Source of the DNA: Eledone cirrhosa
Taxonomy: Eukaryota
Direction: 5' to 3'
Assembly (NCBI GenBank): GCA_964016885.1
Contig: OZ024747.1
Location: 35,960,001 to 36,024,000 of the forward strand
Length of the DNA stretch: 64,000 nt
Positions within the stretch are counted from its first letter, which is position 1; every line of letters starts with the position of its first letter. Under the pieces are notes generated by a model. It had not been told where the DNA came from and made no database searches. It saw only the letters and a list, made by a program, of their open reading frames with translations. A program made the translations under genes and the position numbers. Positions 1-14,353 of the stretch are shown here, in pieces.

Positions 1-403
1 TCGTTGTTGTGATAATGGTCAGCATGGATGTGTGTGCGAAGAGCAGCCTGTTGACAGGCTGCTGTTCGCACAAAATCAATTTTTTACATTCACATGACCT
101 CTACCGACCAATCAAAATTGTTTTGACCACAACAATTTTTGCAACACCAAGTAGCGCTGGAGCCACTTTTTAAACATAAAAACAGGTAGAATTCCCAAAA
201 CTAATCAGATCAGAGCAAACAACACAGACGCTCTATCTCAAAGTTATTTTTGAAATGCATTTAGAAATGCGCAACCGGTAAAAACTTAAAAACTTAAAAC
301 CACAACTGAATACTAACCCATACAATTACTAATACTCTTTTATTCCTAATTAAACTATTTTTCAACTGTGAACAATTTGTCAGCATGTTCTATTCCGTTT
401 ACC
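1..403. mobile_element. Right part of a fold-back MITE (same family as 500-1348), cut by the window edge; extra terminal fragment at 421-493
   Basis: 1-403 aligns directly with 937-1348 and ends in TTCCGTTTACCAA followed by (TA)n. Confidence 0.8.
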
Positions 404-499
404 AATATATATATATATATATTACTAATTTTTACTTATTCCTGATTAAACTATTTTTCACTGGGTGTCAGCATTTTCTATTCCGTTTACCAATATATA

Positions 500-1348
500 T
501 GGGTAAACGGAATAGAAAATGCTGACAAATTGTTCCCAGTGAAAAATAGTTTAATTAGCAATAAGTAAAAATTAGTAATAGTATTGGTTAGTATTCAGTT
601 TTGGTTTTAAATTTTACCGGTTGCGCATTTCTAATGCTTTTCAAAATAATTTTGAGATAGAGCGCCCGTGATGTTTGCTCTAATCTGATTAGTTTTGGAA
701 ATTCTACCTGTTTTATGTGAAAAAAGTGGCTCCAAATGTATTAAAATAAGTTTTGCGCCAATTCGTGTTGCAAAAATTCTTGTGGCCAAAACGATTTTGA
801 TCGGTCGGTAGAGGTCATGTGAATGTTAAAAGTTGATTTTGCGCCAAATGTAGGTTTTGTCGGCTGATTGAGAAGTCACTGAAAAATAAGTCTTTCAAAA
901 CAAATATGTGTGTGTTTGTAGTAGTAGTAAAGAGGTTCGTTGTTGTGATAATGGTCAGCAGGGATGTGTGTGCGTACAGCAGTCTGTCAACAGGCTGCTG
1001 TTCGCACAAAATCAATTTTTAACATTCACATGACCTCTACCTAACAATCAAAATTGTTTTAACCACAAGAATTTTTGCAACACGAATTGTCGCGAAACTT
1101 ATTTTAATACATCTGGAGCCACTTTTTTCACATAAAACAGGTAGAACTTCCAAAACTAATCATCAGAGCAAACATCACGGGCGCTCTATCTCAAAATTAT
1201 TTTTGAAAAGCATTAGAAATGCGCAACCGGTAAAACTTAAAACCAAAACTGAATACTAACCAATACTTATTACTAATTTTTACTTATTCCTAATGAAACT
1301 ATTTTTCACTGGGAACAATTTGTCAGCATTTTCTTTTCCGTTTACCAA
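500..1348. mobile_element. Fold-back MITE, about 340-bp terminal inverted repeats, TA-flanked
   Basis: 502-843 (GGTAAACGGAATAGAAAATGCTGAC...) is the reverse complement of about 1005-1347 (...GTCAGCATTTTCTTTTCCGTTTACC). Spacer about 160 bp, no coding capacity. Confidence 0.85.
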
Positions 1349-1380
1349 TATATCATAACTCGTGTGTTACACCTCTATTC

Positions 1381-1385
<5 letters not shown>

Positions 1386-1465
<80 letters not shown>
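1386..1465. repeat. (TA)n microsatellite
   Basis: Direct reading. Confidence 0.98.
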
Positions 1466-1469
<4 letters not shown>

Positions 1470-1494
1470 TTTGTTTTTCGTGTGTGTGTGTGAG

Positions 1495-3330
1495 CTGAAG
1501 GTGTTTCCCAGTCACCAATTGATTGTAAAATACTTGTTTTGGGAGTCTTTCCTCATTATATGCGCACAACACGACTTACCTAATGCATTTGAGAGGATAT
1601 GATGCTAGATTCAATGCTCGTGCAACCGTCATGTATAAGGATTTGCGTATCAGGTTTTTTATCTTGCCATTTGATGTTTAGGATCCGTCTTAAAAACTTT
1701 TGATTAAAGTGCTCAAGCATATTAAGGTGTCAACGATGTACTGTCCACGTTGCTGAAGAGTACAACGGAGCACTCAGAATGCAGGCCTTGTACAGATTAA
1801 TCTTAGTCTTGATATTGATGCCATGATCCGACAAAACTCTCTTTTCAGATTTCCCGAAGGTTACAGACATCTTCTGAATGCGTAGGTATATTTCTGCATT
1901 CATCGAACCATACCGTGATAATGCACTAACTAGGTAAACAAAAGTGTCAACTACACCCAACCTAGTTCCATGTGCCATTATATTTGGCTCAATATATGCC
2001 TCCCCTAGTGATGGGGTGAACATTACTTTGGTCTTTTTTAGATTAATTGTCATGCCAAAGGCATTACAAGAAGCCTCAAAACAATCCATTATCTGTTGCA
2101 TATCATTTTAAGAGTGAACCAGAAAGTCAACATCGTCTGCATACAGGAGTCCTCTAATTAATATTTAGAACACCTTGGGTTTGAAATTGAACCTTCTTAG
2201 GTCAAAGATCCTTCCTGTAGTTCTAACTTGCAATAGGACACTCTTTCCTGGAATGCATGAGTCAGCATCACAGCATATTGAAAACAGTGTGGGGGCCGGA
2301 ATATCTCACTGCTTCACGACATTATGACCTGGGATTTAATTGGACAATTCTCAATTCATGACAACCCGAGCCTTTATATTTCTGTGCAGCCGGACGAACA
2401 TATCAATAAACATTAGTATACACCCTATTTTGCCTAATATTTTCCACAGTGAATGTCTGTTAACCGTATCAAAGGCCATTGTCAAATCAACCTGATACAG
2501 AGGAACCCATTGCTCAATACATTTCTCCTGAATCTGCCTTGCAGAGAACATTATATCAATCTTCCCTCTGTCAGATCTAGAGCCACTTTCTGATTCAGGG
2601 ATTACTGTAGGACAAATGGCCTCCTTCAACCTATTCAACAATAATCTAGCAAGAACTTTGCCCACAAACTCCAGCAAAGTAATTCGACGGTAGTGAACAC
2701 AGATTCCTTTACACCTTTACCTTTAAACAAGGTCACCAAGATACTACCTATCCAAACTTGTGGTATAAGGGCTCAAGCCGAACACTATATGATGAGATGG
2801 AATATGTTTTGTTTTATGTTCTTATTACCAATCTTTAAGAATTTCACGGGGATTCCATCTGATCCAGGTGCCTTACCCATATTTAACGGGTCGATGGCCA
2901 TTTTAACCTGATTATAATCCGGTAATCGATCCATTTTAAAATGTACAACCCATTGGGGTAGGCCATCTAGCGCATCATGATCAACTGATGATAGATTATC
3001 AAATAATCTTCAGGATTTTATCTGATTCCTTGATGATGGCAGTGTCGTCTTTGGACCTTGTGCACCTTATTGGAACAATAGATGAAGTTGGACCAAATAC
3101 TGCACGTAAAAAGACTATAAAACAGTTTTGAATCATTTGTGCTATGAGCACTTAGAATATCTTCGGAGATCTTAAACCACCATATATATTTAAGCTTTCT
3201 CACCTCGCGTTGTAAGGTACCTTCATATTCTTTGTATGTTTTTAATAGCAGTAAAATTCGTAGTGCACTTCCACAGAAGCCTTTCATGAAGAGCATGTTT
3301 TTTTCTTTAATAGTTGGCTGATAACCAGAT
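1495..3330 (-). pseudogene. Degenerate RTE-clade LINE reverse transcriptase remnant
   Basis: Fragmented - strand ORFs with RTE-like motifs: GKVLARLLLNRL, FSARQIQEKCIEQ, VDLTMAFDTVNR, LLYADD (about 2130-2150), FGMTINLKKTKVM, RLPKQVFY. Many stops and frameshifts. Confidence 0.85.
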
Positions 3331-4620
3331 TATTATCATCAGATCAGTCCTTATATTCTTTTTTCGCCTATATTCAATATTTGGAATTGATGTGACAGGC
3401 AATTTTCAATGCACCTTTTCTAGCACCTTCCCAAGAATTTGGGTGAGCAGTGCTCTCCCTGATAGGGCTGATCAGGCACAAGCTTCTCCATCGCATTTAG
3501 CCCCTGGCACAGGAAGACATAACAATGATGTTAAGATAAGATCCCTGCCGCCTATGTGTAGATTTGCAAATACATGCTTCCAACTGGTCCGGTCTACACA
3601 CGTTGCCACTCCTCCATCGCCATTTTTACCAGCTGTAAAAATGACAGATGAGAAAATCATAAAAGAGATATCTGTACCTCATTGAATTATAGTGGCAGAT
3701 GATTGTACTACAGGAACACCACTCTCTAAGTTTCTGTGATTAATGTCTGGTGACAGATGATCAGAAATCACATCAACCGGAGGTTTTATTTCAAAGTTTA
3801 CCTCATTTAGAAACATACTGTAACAACAGCTCGGGGTCCTTCACTCCAAGTGGATTTTCTTTTTACCCATCTGCTGGCCACCAATGAGTTACAATGGTTC
3901 GATGACACTTTCATTAGAAAGAGTCAACAAAAAAATAAATTATGTTTTTAAACTTTTAAAATGGTTTAAAAGTCTTTTAACAAGTTTAAAATATTTTTAA
4001 CAGTGTTTAAAAGCTTTAAAACGTTTTTAAATCTCAAAACATTGTTTTTTTTAACATATATGTATTTGAACACAGACAAACGCGCAATCAATCCTACACA
4101 CACCCACACCCATACAGTATATACATATTTACACCTCTTTGGGGATGGCCGTTGACTCTTATGAGTTCTTCCGACCTTTGGTATGTTGGGTTTTTTGTCC
4201 TGCAGGGTTTCCAAAATCACCTTCCTCACCGAATATACTTGGTGGGTTTGCCGGTTTAGTCGCCGACAATCCGACCATGCGACAGGTTGTACTGAGTTAC
4301 ATGTTACCAGTAGCACTCAAGCGTTACCCGACATAATATACATACATACCTGTATCCATGTGGGTCATGGTTACACTTGAACGGCATCGGTTACATCTAG
4401 ACAACTACGGCTCGTTAGAGGGCCAGGTCATGATGCCGAAACCTGCAACACCTACAAGCCCACTTGTAGACACACAGCGAGATGATTTTAGACACACAGC
4501 GAGATGAAAAATAAAACCTACCAATAGTTAGAGGATCTAAAGAGAGACAACTTTTATCCAATTCTGTGTATATATCGATGTATACTTTGTATATATATAT
4601 AAATGTAATATATTTTTTTT

Positions 4621-5205
4621 CGAATATTAATATATAATATTCGATTCGTTTACAATTATACAAATAAGCCTCTTTTATAAGCCATGTCAGTAGAATGAAA
4701 ACTTCATTCTTGCTCTTGCATTGGCATGTAAACAAAACTGTAGACACTAATATTTCTGGGTGATTACCTTTCATCAGTGCAGTTTACTGTTTACCTGCTA
4801 ACTGTCAGTGCTAGTGAAAATATATGATATTTTCTAAAATATACAATGACGAATCGGCCAGATTTTCATATTAGCAGACTGTCTGATAGTCAGATCTGCA
4901 TATTAGCAGACCCACTGCTCAGCCAGATTTACATATCAGCCAGATTTGCATGCTAGCGATTAATGGCTGGCTTTGCCATATTCAAATAACTAACAAATAG
5001 TCTATCGCTCTACATGACTGAACACAATATATGTCATCTGAGTTATTTCGAATATTAATAATTATATTCGATTTGTTTGCAAACGAACAGCCTCTTTTAT
5101 AAGCCATGTCAGAAGAATAACGCCGTCATTCTTGCTCTTCTATTGGCATATGAACGGAATTGCAGACACTCATGTTTCTGGGGGATTAAACTTTCATCAG
5201 TGCAT
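4621..5205. repeat. Diverged ~160-bp direct repeat pair (4621-4782, 5049-5205)
   Basis: Both copies share CGAATATTAAT, AGCCTCTTTTATAAGCCATGTCAG, TCATTCTTGCTCTT and CTTTCATCAGTGCA. Confidence 0.75.
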
Positions 5206-5264
5206 ATATATATACATTTAAAAGGGAGTAAGGTTATATACAAAACAGGAGTTATAAAGAAAAA

Positions 5265-6086
<822 letters not shown>

Positions 6087-6388
6087 ATATATATATATAT
6101 ATTGAGTATATGTTGGTGGTTTACCGACACCTTAGTATGCAGATTGGACCACTCGACGAAGTACACAGGTTGGTTTGGTGACTCCGAAATAATGTAAAAT
6201 AAAATAATAAAGTTAAATATTTAAAATTTGGCTACGTTTCTTAAAGATGTACTGCTATATATAATTCGGTGACATCCTTCATTGGCTGTGACCTCTTCAG
6301 GCAGTCAGAATTGGTGTGGTAGGGACAGGTACACATGTGGTTGAAGTGTTTTACTCCGTCAATACTCCGATATGTCCAGCTCCTGGTT

Positions 6389-6459
6389 GGGTTGTTATTT
6401 CTCTGAGGAACTGGAATCATATTGGATATGATTCCAGTTCCTCAGAGAAATAACAACCC
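6389..6459. repeat. Perfect 34-bp inverted repeat with 3-nt loop
   Basis: GGGTTGTTATTTCTCTGAGGAACTGGAATCATAT-TGG-ATATGATTCCAGTTCCTCAGAGAAATAACAACCC. Confidence 0.95.
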
Positions 6460-6604
6460 GTCGAAAAGGCTTGAGATCTGCCGTCCAGGTCATACTTGTT
6501 CCTATGTATATATATATATATATACATATATATACATTATATATATATTATGGAATGCTGTTGACTTCTTGCTACAATAACTTCTATACTTTTCATTTAT
6601 GTAC

Positions 6605-6668
<64 letters not shown>

Positions 6669-6959
6669 AAGATGTTCAAGAAATAGCCGCCGAAACGCCT
6701 TGAGCTCTGCCGTCGGGGTCTGAAACGTTTTCCTATTACCCACTCTAATTACCCTATTATTATCATATATGTATGATAATAATACAGTAGATGATGGAGG
6801 GCGTTTAACTGAAACGGAAAAAAAACGTTTTTGTATAATGAGCTATACTTATGCGCGTGCGTATACGTGTGTCTATGTGTGTCATTATACGTGCGTAGGA
6901 ATTAGGCGTGAAAATACAAGCGCGTGTGTGATAACGAACGGGGTATTAAAGAAATCGGG

Positions 6960-7330
6960 GAGGGGATTCGAGTCCATGAGGGAAACAGGACCGAAAGCAG
7001 TAAATCAGACTCTGTTCAGTCCTGGTCCGTAAGACCTGTGATCAGTAATGTAAAAGGACACCCTGGACATAGAAATGTAAGGAAGAGTGACCAGGATAAC
7101 GGAAATGACGGGCGACGGAAGTAGAGAAACCGAGTCGTATGTTCCGCAAATGCTCAGCAAAACGGTCTGCCAAACGGCGTCCCGGTTGTCCGATGTATAA
7201 GGACCGGCAAAGGGAACACCGGAAGGCATAGACGGAGTGGGTGGAGGTGCAGATGAAGGAGTGGTAGATGACTCGTTAGAACCTGTAAGCGTGGTGAGGG
7301 TGGAAAAGGACAAGTATTGCAGCGAAGACG
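6960..7330 (-). pseudogene. Penelope-like element (Neptune-type) GIY-YIG endonuclease remnant
   Basis: Manual - strand translation in a frame not in the ORF track: RCNTCPF...HSFICTSTHSVYAFRCSLCRSLYIGQPGRRLADRFAEHLRN...RHFRYPGHS...RTRTEQSLIYCFRSCFPHGL. Confidence 0.85.
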
Positions 7331-7343
7331 ATATATATATATA

Positions 7344-8968
7344 CTCTAATTCGATATGTGTATTTCCACATTCACTCGAATTGTTTTCGCGGATATAGGG
7401 GTCATCTCCCTTGTCTAATGCCATGTGCGTTTTTCACCGCTAGTTGACTCCTCTGCCGCCAGGAAAAAACTCGTTGATAACGTAAACTCCGTTCCACTTA
7501 TTCTAGTAGGCTTTTATATTTATATGTGAGCTGATAGAGTACAGTCTAAGGATTTACAGAAACCCATGAAGCTAGATTTAACACCTTTCTAGTGGGTCCG
7601 GGTATGATTTTACATTCATTTAAATTATTGACGTATTGTTTTATTGATATTTTTTATCTGTTTGGCCCGAATCTTCCTTTATCGATTTTAAATCGTATGG
7701 TTGATTGTAGACTTGTTCTATATGTGACGGTATTTTAACGATAGTTATAGCTCTGATTCATCTGAATTATTGAGCCCTCTGCCGCTCATATCGAATTTCG
7801 TTTATCGTGAACTCGTGCGCCGATTTTTCGATACTCGATCTTTCTAACATATTTAGCTCTGGACATAGCTATCCACCAGTTAATTTTATTGCTCATTTTT
7901 TGTCGATTCTATTGAGTGATGAATAGCTTTTGTTTTATTTTAACATGTCTATTGAGCACTCTAATTCGATATGTGTATTTCCACATTCACTCGAATTGTT
8001 TTCGCGGATATAGGGGTCATCTCCCTTGTCTAATGCCATGTGCGTTTTTCACCGCTAGTTGACTCCTCTGCCGCCAGGAAAAAACTCGTTGATAACGTAA
8101 ACTCCGTTCCACTTATTCTAGTAGGCTTTTATATTTATATGTGAGCTGATAGAGTACAGTCTAAGGATTTACAGAAACCCATGAAGCTAGATTTAACACC
8201 TTTCTAGTGGGTCCGGGTATGATTTTACATTCATTTAAATTATTGACGTATTGTTTTATTGATATTTTTTATCTGTTTGGCCCGAATCTTCCTTTATCGA
8301 TTTTAAATCGTATGGTTGATTGTAGACTTGTTCTATATGTGACGGTATTTTAACGATAGTTATAGCTCTGATTCATCTGAATTATTGAGCCCTCTGCCGC
8401 TCATATCGAATTTCGTTTATCGTGAACTCGTGCGCCGATTTTTCGATACTCGATCTTTCTAATATATTTAGCTCTGGACATAGCTATCCACCAGTTAATT
8501 TTATTGCTCATTTTTTGTCGATTCTATTGAGTGATGAATAGCTTTTGTTTTATTTTAACATGTCTATTGAGCACTCTAATTCGATATGTGTATTTCCACA
8601 TTCACTCGAATTGTTTTCGCGGATATAGGGGTCATCTCCCTTGTCTAATGCCATGTGCGTTTTTCACCGCTAGTTGACTCCTCTGCCGCCAGGAAAAAAC
8701 TCGTTGATAACGTAAACTCCGTTCCACTTATTCTAGTAGGCTTTTATATTTATATGTGAGCTGATAGAGTACAGTCTAAGGATTTACAGAAACCCATGAA
8801 GCTAGATTTAACACCTTTCTAGTGGGTCCGGGTATGATTTTACATTCATTTAAATTATTGACGTATTGTTTTATTGATATTTTTTATCTGTTTGGCCCGA
8901 ATCTTCCTTTATCGATTTTAAATCGTATGGTTGATTGTAGACTTGTTCTATATGTGACGGTATTTTAA

Positions 8969-8972
<4 letters not shown>
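7344..8972. repeat. Tandem repeat, 615-bp unit, about 2.65 near-identical copies
   Basis: CTCTAATTCGATATGTG recurs at 7344, 7959 and 8574; bounded by (TA)n on both sides. Confidence 0.95.
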
Positions 8973-9053
<81 letters not shown>

Positions 9054-9081
9054 CACACACACATATATATATATATATATA

Positions 9082-11662
9082 TTCGAAGGATTTTAAACCA
9101 ATACTGAACATGGATAAATATCATTTGGATTACTCCATCAAGAATATCCCAACACCTTCTAACACTTCCTACACTATGATAGACAAAGTAGAGAAAGTTG
9201 GTAAAAGAATGAGATGGAAAGATTTGATTTTCGATGGACACTTTAACACGGACTCTACAGAAATATTTTGATATCAAAACTCATAAATACCCGCAAAGAG
9301 TAAAACACTTGACCGCTTTTGAACTAGACTTAGTTAATTTAATCAACAATATCAAATTTCGTAAGTTCTCTAACTCTTTTTAATCTAAACTATGTTTCAA
9401 TATTCAAATCTTCTAAAAATAAGTTCATTTTCTCTAACAAAACTAAAAATGTATACGAAGTTAATAATAATTTACATGACCAACTCTTAACATATAACAT
9501 CACCTCTAAATACCTAATAGCTAATATAAACACGTATAATAATATAAATAAGGAAGCTAAAGAATTAGCTTTTTTTTTTAAAAATAGACAATAGAACAGA
9601 AAAACTTGCTAAACGTAATGCCTCTATCACTCTCAAAGATCACAAACCAGACTTTATTAATCGTCCTAGTTGTAGATTAATCAACCCTGCTAAGACTGCA
9701 ATCGGTCTTGCTAGCAAAACAATATTAAATAATTTAAACACACATATTAGAAGTAAATCTCAATTACTCCAATGGATAAATAGCTCTTCTGTAGTACATT
9801 GGTTTAATAATATTAAAGATAAAAATAGTTCTAGTTTTACCCAATTTGACATTGTAGACTTCTACCCGTCTATTACTCACACTTGTTTTACGAAAGACTT
9901 AAATTTCGCTAGAAAGTTTATCAATATTTCTGATATTGATGAGAATGTCATGTTTACTAATAATGACACTTGCGTAAAAATATCTAAACCAGCGAACTCA
10001 TTCGATGTCTCAATGGGTTATTTTGACAAGTGCTGATGTTTGTGATTTAGTCGGCCTATTCCTCCTATATACACTTAAAGAGAACCATACCTTTGGGCTT
10101 TATCGCGACGATGGTCTAATACTTTGCCATACCACCATAGGCCATAACTTAGATAGAATAAGGAAAGACTTAATAAAAACCTTCACTAGTTTTAATTTTA
10201 AAATTACCATTGACACTAACCTTTCCAATGTTAATTTTCTAGATATAAACCTAGATCTTCCTACTGCTTCTTATAAACCATACCATAAACCTAATGAACA
10301 TTTAAAATATATAAATAAAGGCTCTTGCCATCCTCCTATAATTTTTAAAAACCTTATCCCTAATATTAGCCGAAGGATATCCACCCCTCTTCCTCAGAAG
10401 CAATTTTCAATAAGGCATCCTCCTACTATAATAAAGCCCTTCAAAATAGCGGATTCAGCGAACCGATTAACTCCTTTAAACATAATAATAGGAAAAGAAA
10501 AATAATCTGGTTCACACCCCCCTACTCTTTAGCAGTTAAAACTAATGTAGGCAAAACATTCCTAGAGCTCTTAGATAAACATTTCCCTAGATACTATAAG
10601 ATCTTCAATAGAAACTGTGTCAAAATTAGCTACTCCTGCGGTCCCCTATTAAATCTTATATCGTCAATAAGAAAACACCCAGAGAACATCAAAATTGCTC
10701 CTGTAGATTCAAAAGCCCATTACAAGGTAAATGCAACACCAAAGCCATTGTATATACGGCTAAAGTGACAACCACCAGCAACAACCTACCAGCCACCAGC
10801 GATTGATATGTGGGTATGACACAAGACACATTCAAAACGCGTTATTACTCACATGTCGCATCTTTCCGACATCCTGAAAAAAGATTTACAACAGTTCTGG
10901 CTAGCAGAATATGGGATTTGAAAGACCAAGGTATCCAATATAAATTGTATTGGTCAATTTTGAACCAATCTAAAGAATATGCAAGAGGAACAAGAAGATG
11001 CACACTCTGCATAAGTGAAATATATTGGAGTTTACAGAATCTTAAATCACCAAAAACCTGCCTAAATGCAAAAATAGATATGTTCACCAGTTGCCAACAC
11101 TAAAATCACACTTGCTTTCCAGCTCATATAAACTTAACTCACTTTCAGATACTTATCCTCCATAAACTCTTGTTCTTCACTTCCCTTTAATTATCCTCTT
11201 TACATACTTCTCTTTCTGATTTATTTTTATTTTTATTTTTATTTTTATTTTTATTTTTATTTTTATTTTTATTTTTATTTTTATTTTTACTTAACATCCA
11301 CCAGTGACCTCCCCCCTACTTTTTGATTCACTTACCTAATATCTTTCCAATTCCAGATTTTACTTCCCCATTTTCTTTCACTACCTGTTAATACTGTCAC
11401 TTGCGTTTTCAACTCCAGATATATTCTGTTGCTTCGCAGCCGCTTTTATATTTGTACTCATTTATCAAACGGGTGGTTTATAATTTGTATCTATGCGTGT
11501 GAGTGTGCATGTATGTGTATGCGTTCTGTATGTGTATACGAACGCCTCCGTATGAGTGCGTGTGTGTGTATATATGTGTGTGTATGTGTGTTTTTATATC
11601 TATGTTTTTTACATACTTATATATACGTGTGTGTGTGTATGGGTGAATGTATGTGTATATTC

Positions 11663-11700
<38 letters not shown>

Positions 11701-11709
11701 GTATGTGTG

Positions 11710-11762
<53 letters not shown>

Positions 11763-11794
11763 GCGTACGTACGTGTGATTAGATATACATTTGC

Positions 11795-11833
<39 letters not shown>

Positions 11834-12600
11834 CTTCGTGTGTATGTATGCGCGCCCCTGTATTTATGTACGCATGTATGTGCTTTTGTCTGTACGTATT
11901 TATATATATATATTTATATATATATATGTGTGTACGTACGAACCTATGTTTGTTTTCTTTTTTTTCTAGTGTTAATTTATAATTGTTAACCCTCCCTCTT
12001 ACTTTCTCTTTGATTAAAAAATGTTTTATTCTCTTATATTGTTTCATTTTTATATGTATCGAGGCTCAGACTGACACCCTTTTCGCTGATATACTCCCTT
12101 CCCTCTATACATCACTGGCATATGTGTGATCGCGCGTGTGTGTGTGTTTATACGCGTGCGTTCATACTTGTATTTGTGTATATTTCATTCCTTAATACTT
12201 GTATCTGGATGTACGTTAACTCTATTATCTTATACTTCCTTTTTCAATATATATTATATACGTATTTGTTGTCACACATACACTGATATGCTTGCCCTCA
12301 TATATGTATTTACGCACATATTTTTTCACTATACACATGCATTTGTATATACACACATATGTACATTTGTGAGTGAATATACACACACTTATACACATAC
12401 CCCAACTATATTTCTTTTTTTTTATATATCTCTTGCATTACTTTTATTTATATTTTTTTTCCCGTTAAACTTGTGCCTTTCTTGAGAAGATTTTTCAAAT
12501 ATTTCACTGTTTTAAATTGCCTTATCCGACGAACGAATGAGGACGTTTTTCGTATTCGTCTTATTCGGGAAACCTCTGGTAATGAGGTAATTATATTGTA
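9082..12600 (+). mobile_element. Degenerate Penelope-like element (RT + C-terminal GIY-YIG; motifs typical of the Naiad group), flanked by (TA)n
   Basis: Broken ORF at about 9110-11130 with YSIKNIP, KRMRWK, CRLINPAK, FDIVDFYPSI, GLYRDDGL, NFLDINLDL, SCHPP, RKRKIIWFTPPYS, YVGMTQDTFKTRY and CTLCISE. Microsatellite-rich 3' region ends in a hammerhead-like motif. The 3' extent is inferred. Confidence 0.85.
12521..12593 (+). ncRNA. Candidate type I hammerhead ribozyme (variant core) at the Penelope 3' end
   Basis: CCGACGA, stem II (CGAATGAGGACG/CGTCTTATTCG), GAAA, CCTC-TGGTAAT-GAGG, TA. Stem I is weak and the base of stem II is mismatched. Confidence 0.5.
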
Positions 12601-12613
12601 TTGTTTATTATAC

Positions 12614-12704
<91 letters not shown>

Positions 12705-12705
<1 letters not shown>

Positions 12706-12945
12706 TTCCTTCTCGTCCTATCCTACGACTCCATCTGGCTCTCATCCTTGTTCTCGTTCCCGCTGCAAAACTTGTCCTTTCATTTTCACCCAAACCACTC
12801 TCACAAGCCCTAAAGGTTCATCCGCCATTCCTTTATCTGCACCTGCACCCACGCTGTCCATGCCCTCCAATGTTCCCGAGTCGGGCCATACCGATACAGA
12901 TCGAACCTTGAGCTGATCAGTAGCGAAACGCGCGTCATCAACCAA
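12705..12945 (+). mobile_element. Internally deleted Neptune-type Penelope fragment with degenerate minimal hammerhead
   Basis: PCSRSRCKTCPFI...IRHSFICTCTHAVHALQC, homologous to 7200-7330(-). Followed by CTGATCA-GTAGC-GAAAC-GCGC-GTC at 12913-12936. Confidence 0.7.
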
Positions 12946-13013
12946 TAACCGTAATGAAGGCGTAAATATTCATCCTTATATTATTATTCATATTATTATT
13001 ATTATCCACATAT

Positions 13014-13099
13014 TTGCCTTTCATCCTTACGGGGTCGATAAAATAAAGTACCAGTAATGCAGTGGGATAATTGCTGGCCTTGTGCCAAAAGTAGAAACA
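13014..13099 (+). mobile_element. 5'-truncated SINE with target-site duplication
   Basis: Matches the 3' half of the SINE at 58939-59119. ATTATTATTATCCACATAT is duplicated at 12995-13013 and 13100-13118. Confidence 0.85.
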
Positions 13100-13571
13100 A
13101 TTATTATTATCCACATATATAAGACCCATGTTGTCTGTGCGCGTCTCCTCATTTTTGCAAAGTCTATCAAATCCACATTTCTACTCCGATTGACTTAAAT
13201 CTTGCATTTATATATTCCTTGCGGTCTAAAGATTCCAACTGCAGCTTTTATTTTTAAATTTTCTGTTGTTAAAGGGGTGTTTGGCGCCGGTTATCCATCT
13301 CCGTCGGGCTCTTATATTATCTGTCTGCATGCCTGGCTGTTTGCATTACGACATTCTGACGAATATTGATGCCGTATTATGTTCGCTATTATCCGTTCAT
13401 TGCCAGGGAACATCTTCACGGACCAAAGTATCGTCTTCCTGTTTTCCTTCGGTTGTAACGTTTTTCGAAATATTTACTTCTGCGTTCACAAATTGATGTT
13501 TTTAGTTTCAGAAGATCCCGTTAAGCGTGAAAGCAACGATTCTTTGCTTAACATTTAATTTGTTATTTTAA

Positions 13572-14336
<765 letters not shown>

Positions 14337-14353
14337 TTATTATTATTATTATT

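Noticed and set aside
3314-3900. Possible host exon or APE remnant (GKNGDGGVATCV on - strand)
   Set aside because: Only one weak motif and no supporting splice or domain context.
9110-11130. Selenocysteine-encoding Naiad (in-frame TGA at conserved Cys)
   Set aside because: The conserved Cys positions I could read (CRLINP, SYSC, CSCR, GKC, CTLC) are TGT/TGC. Stops look like random decay, and I recognised no SECIS.
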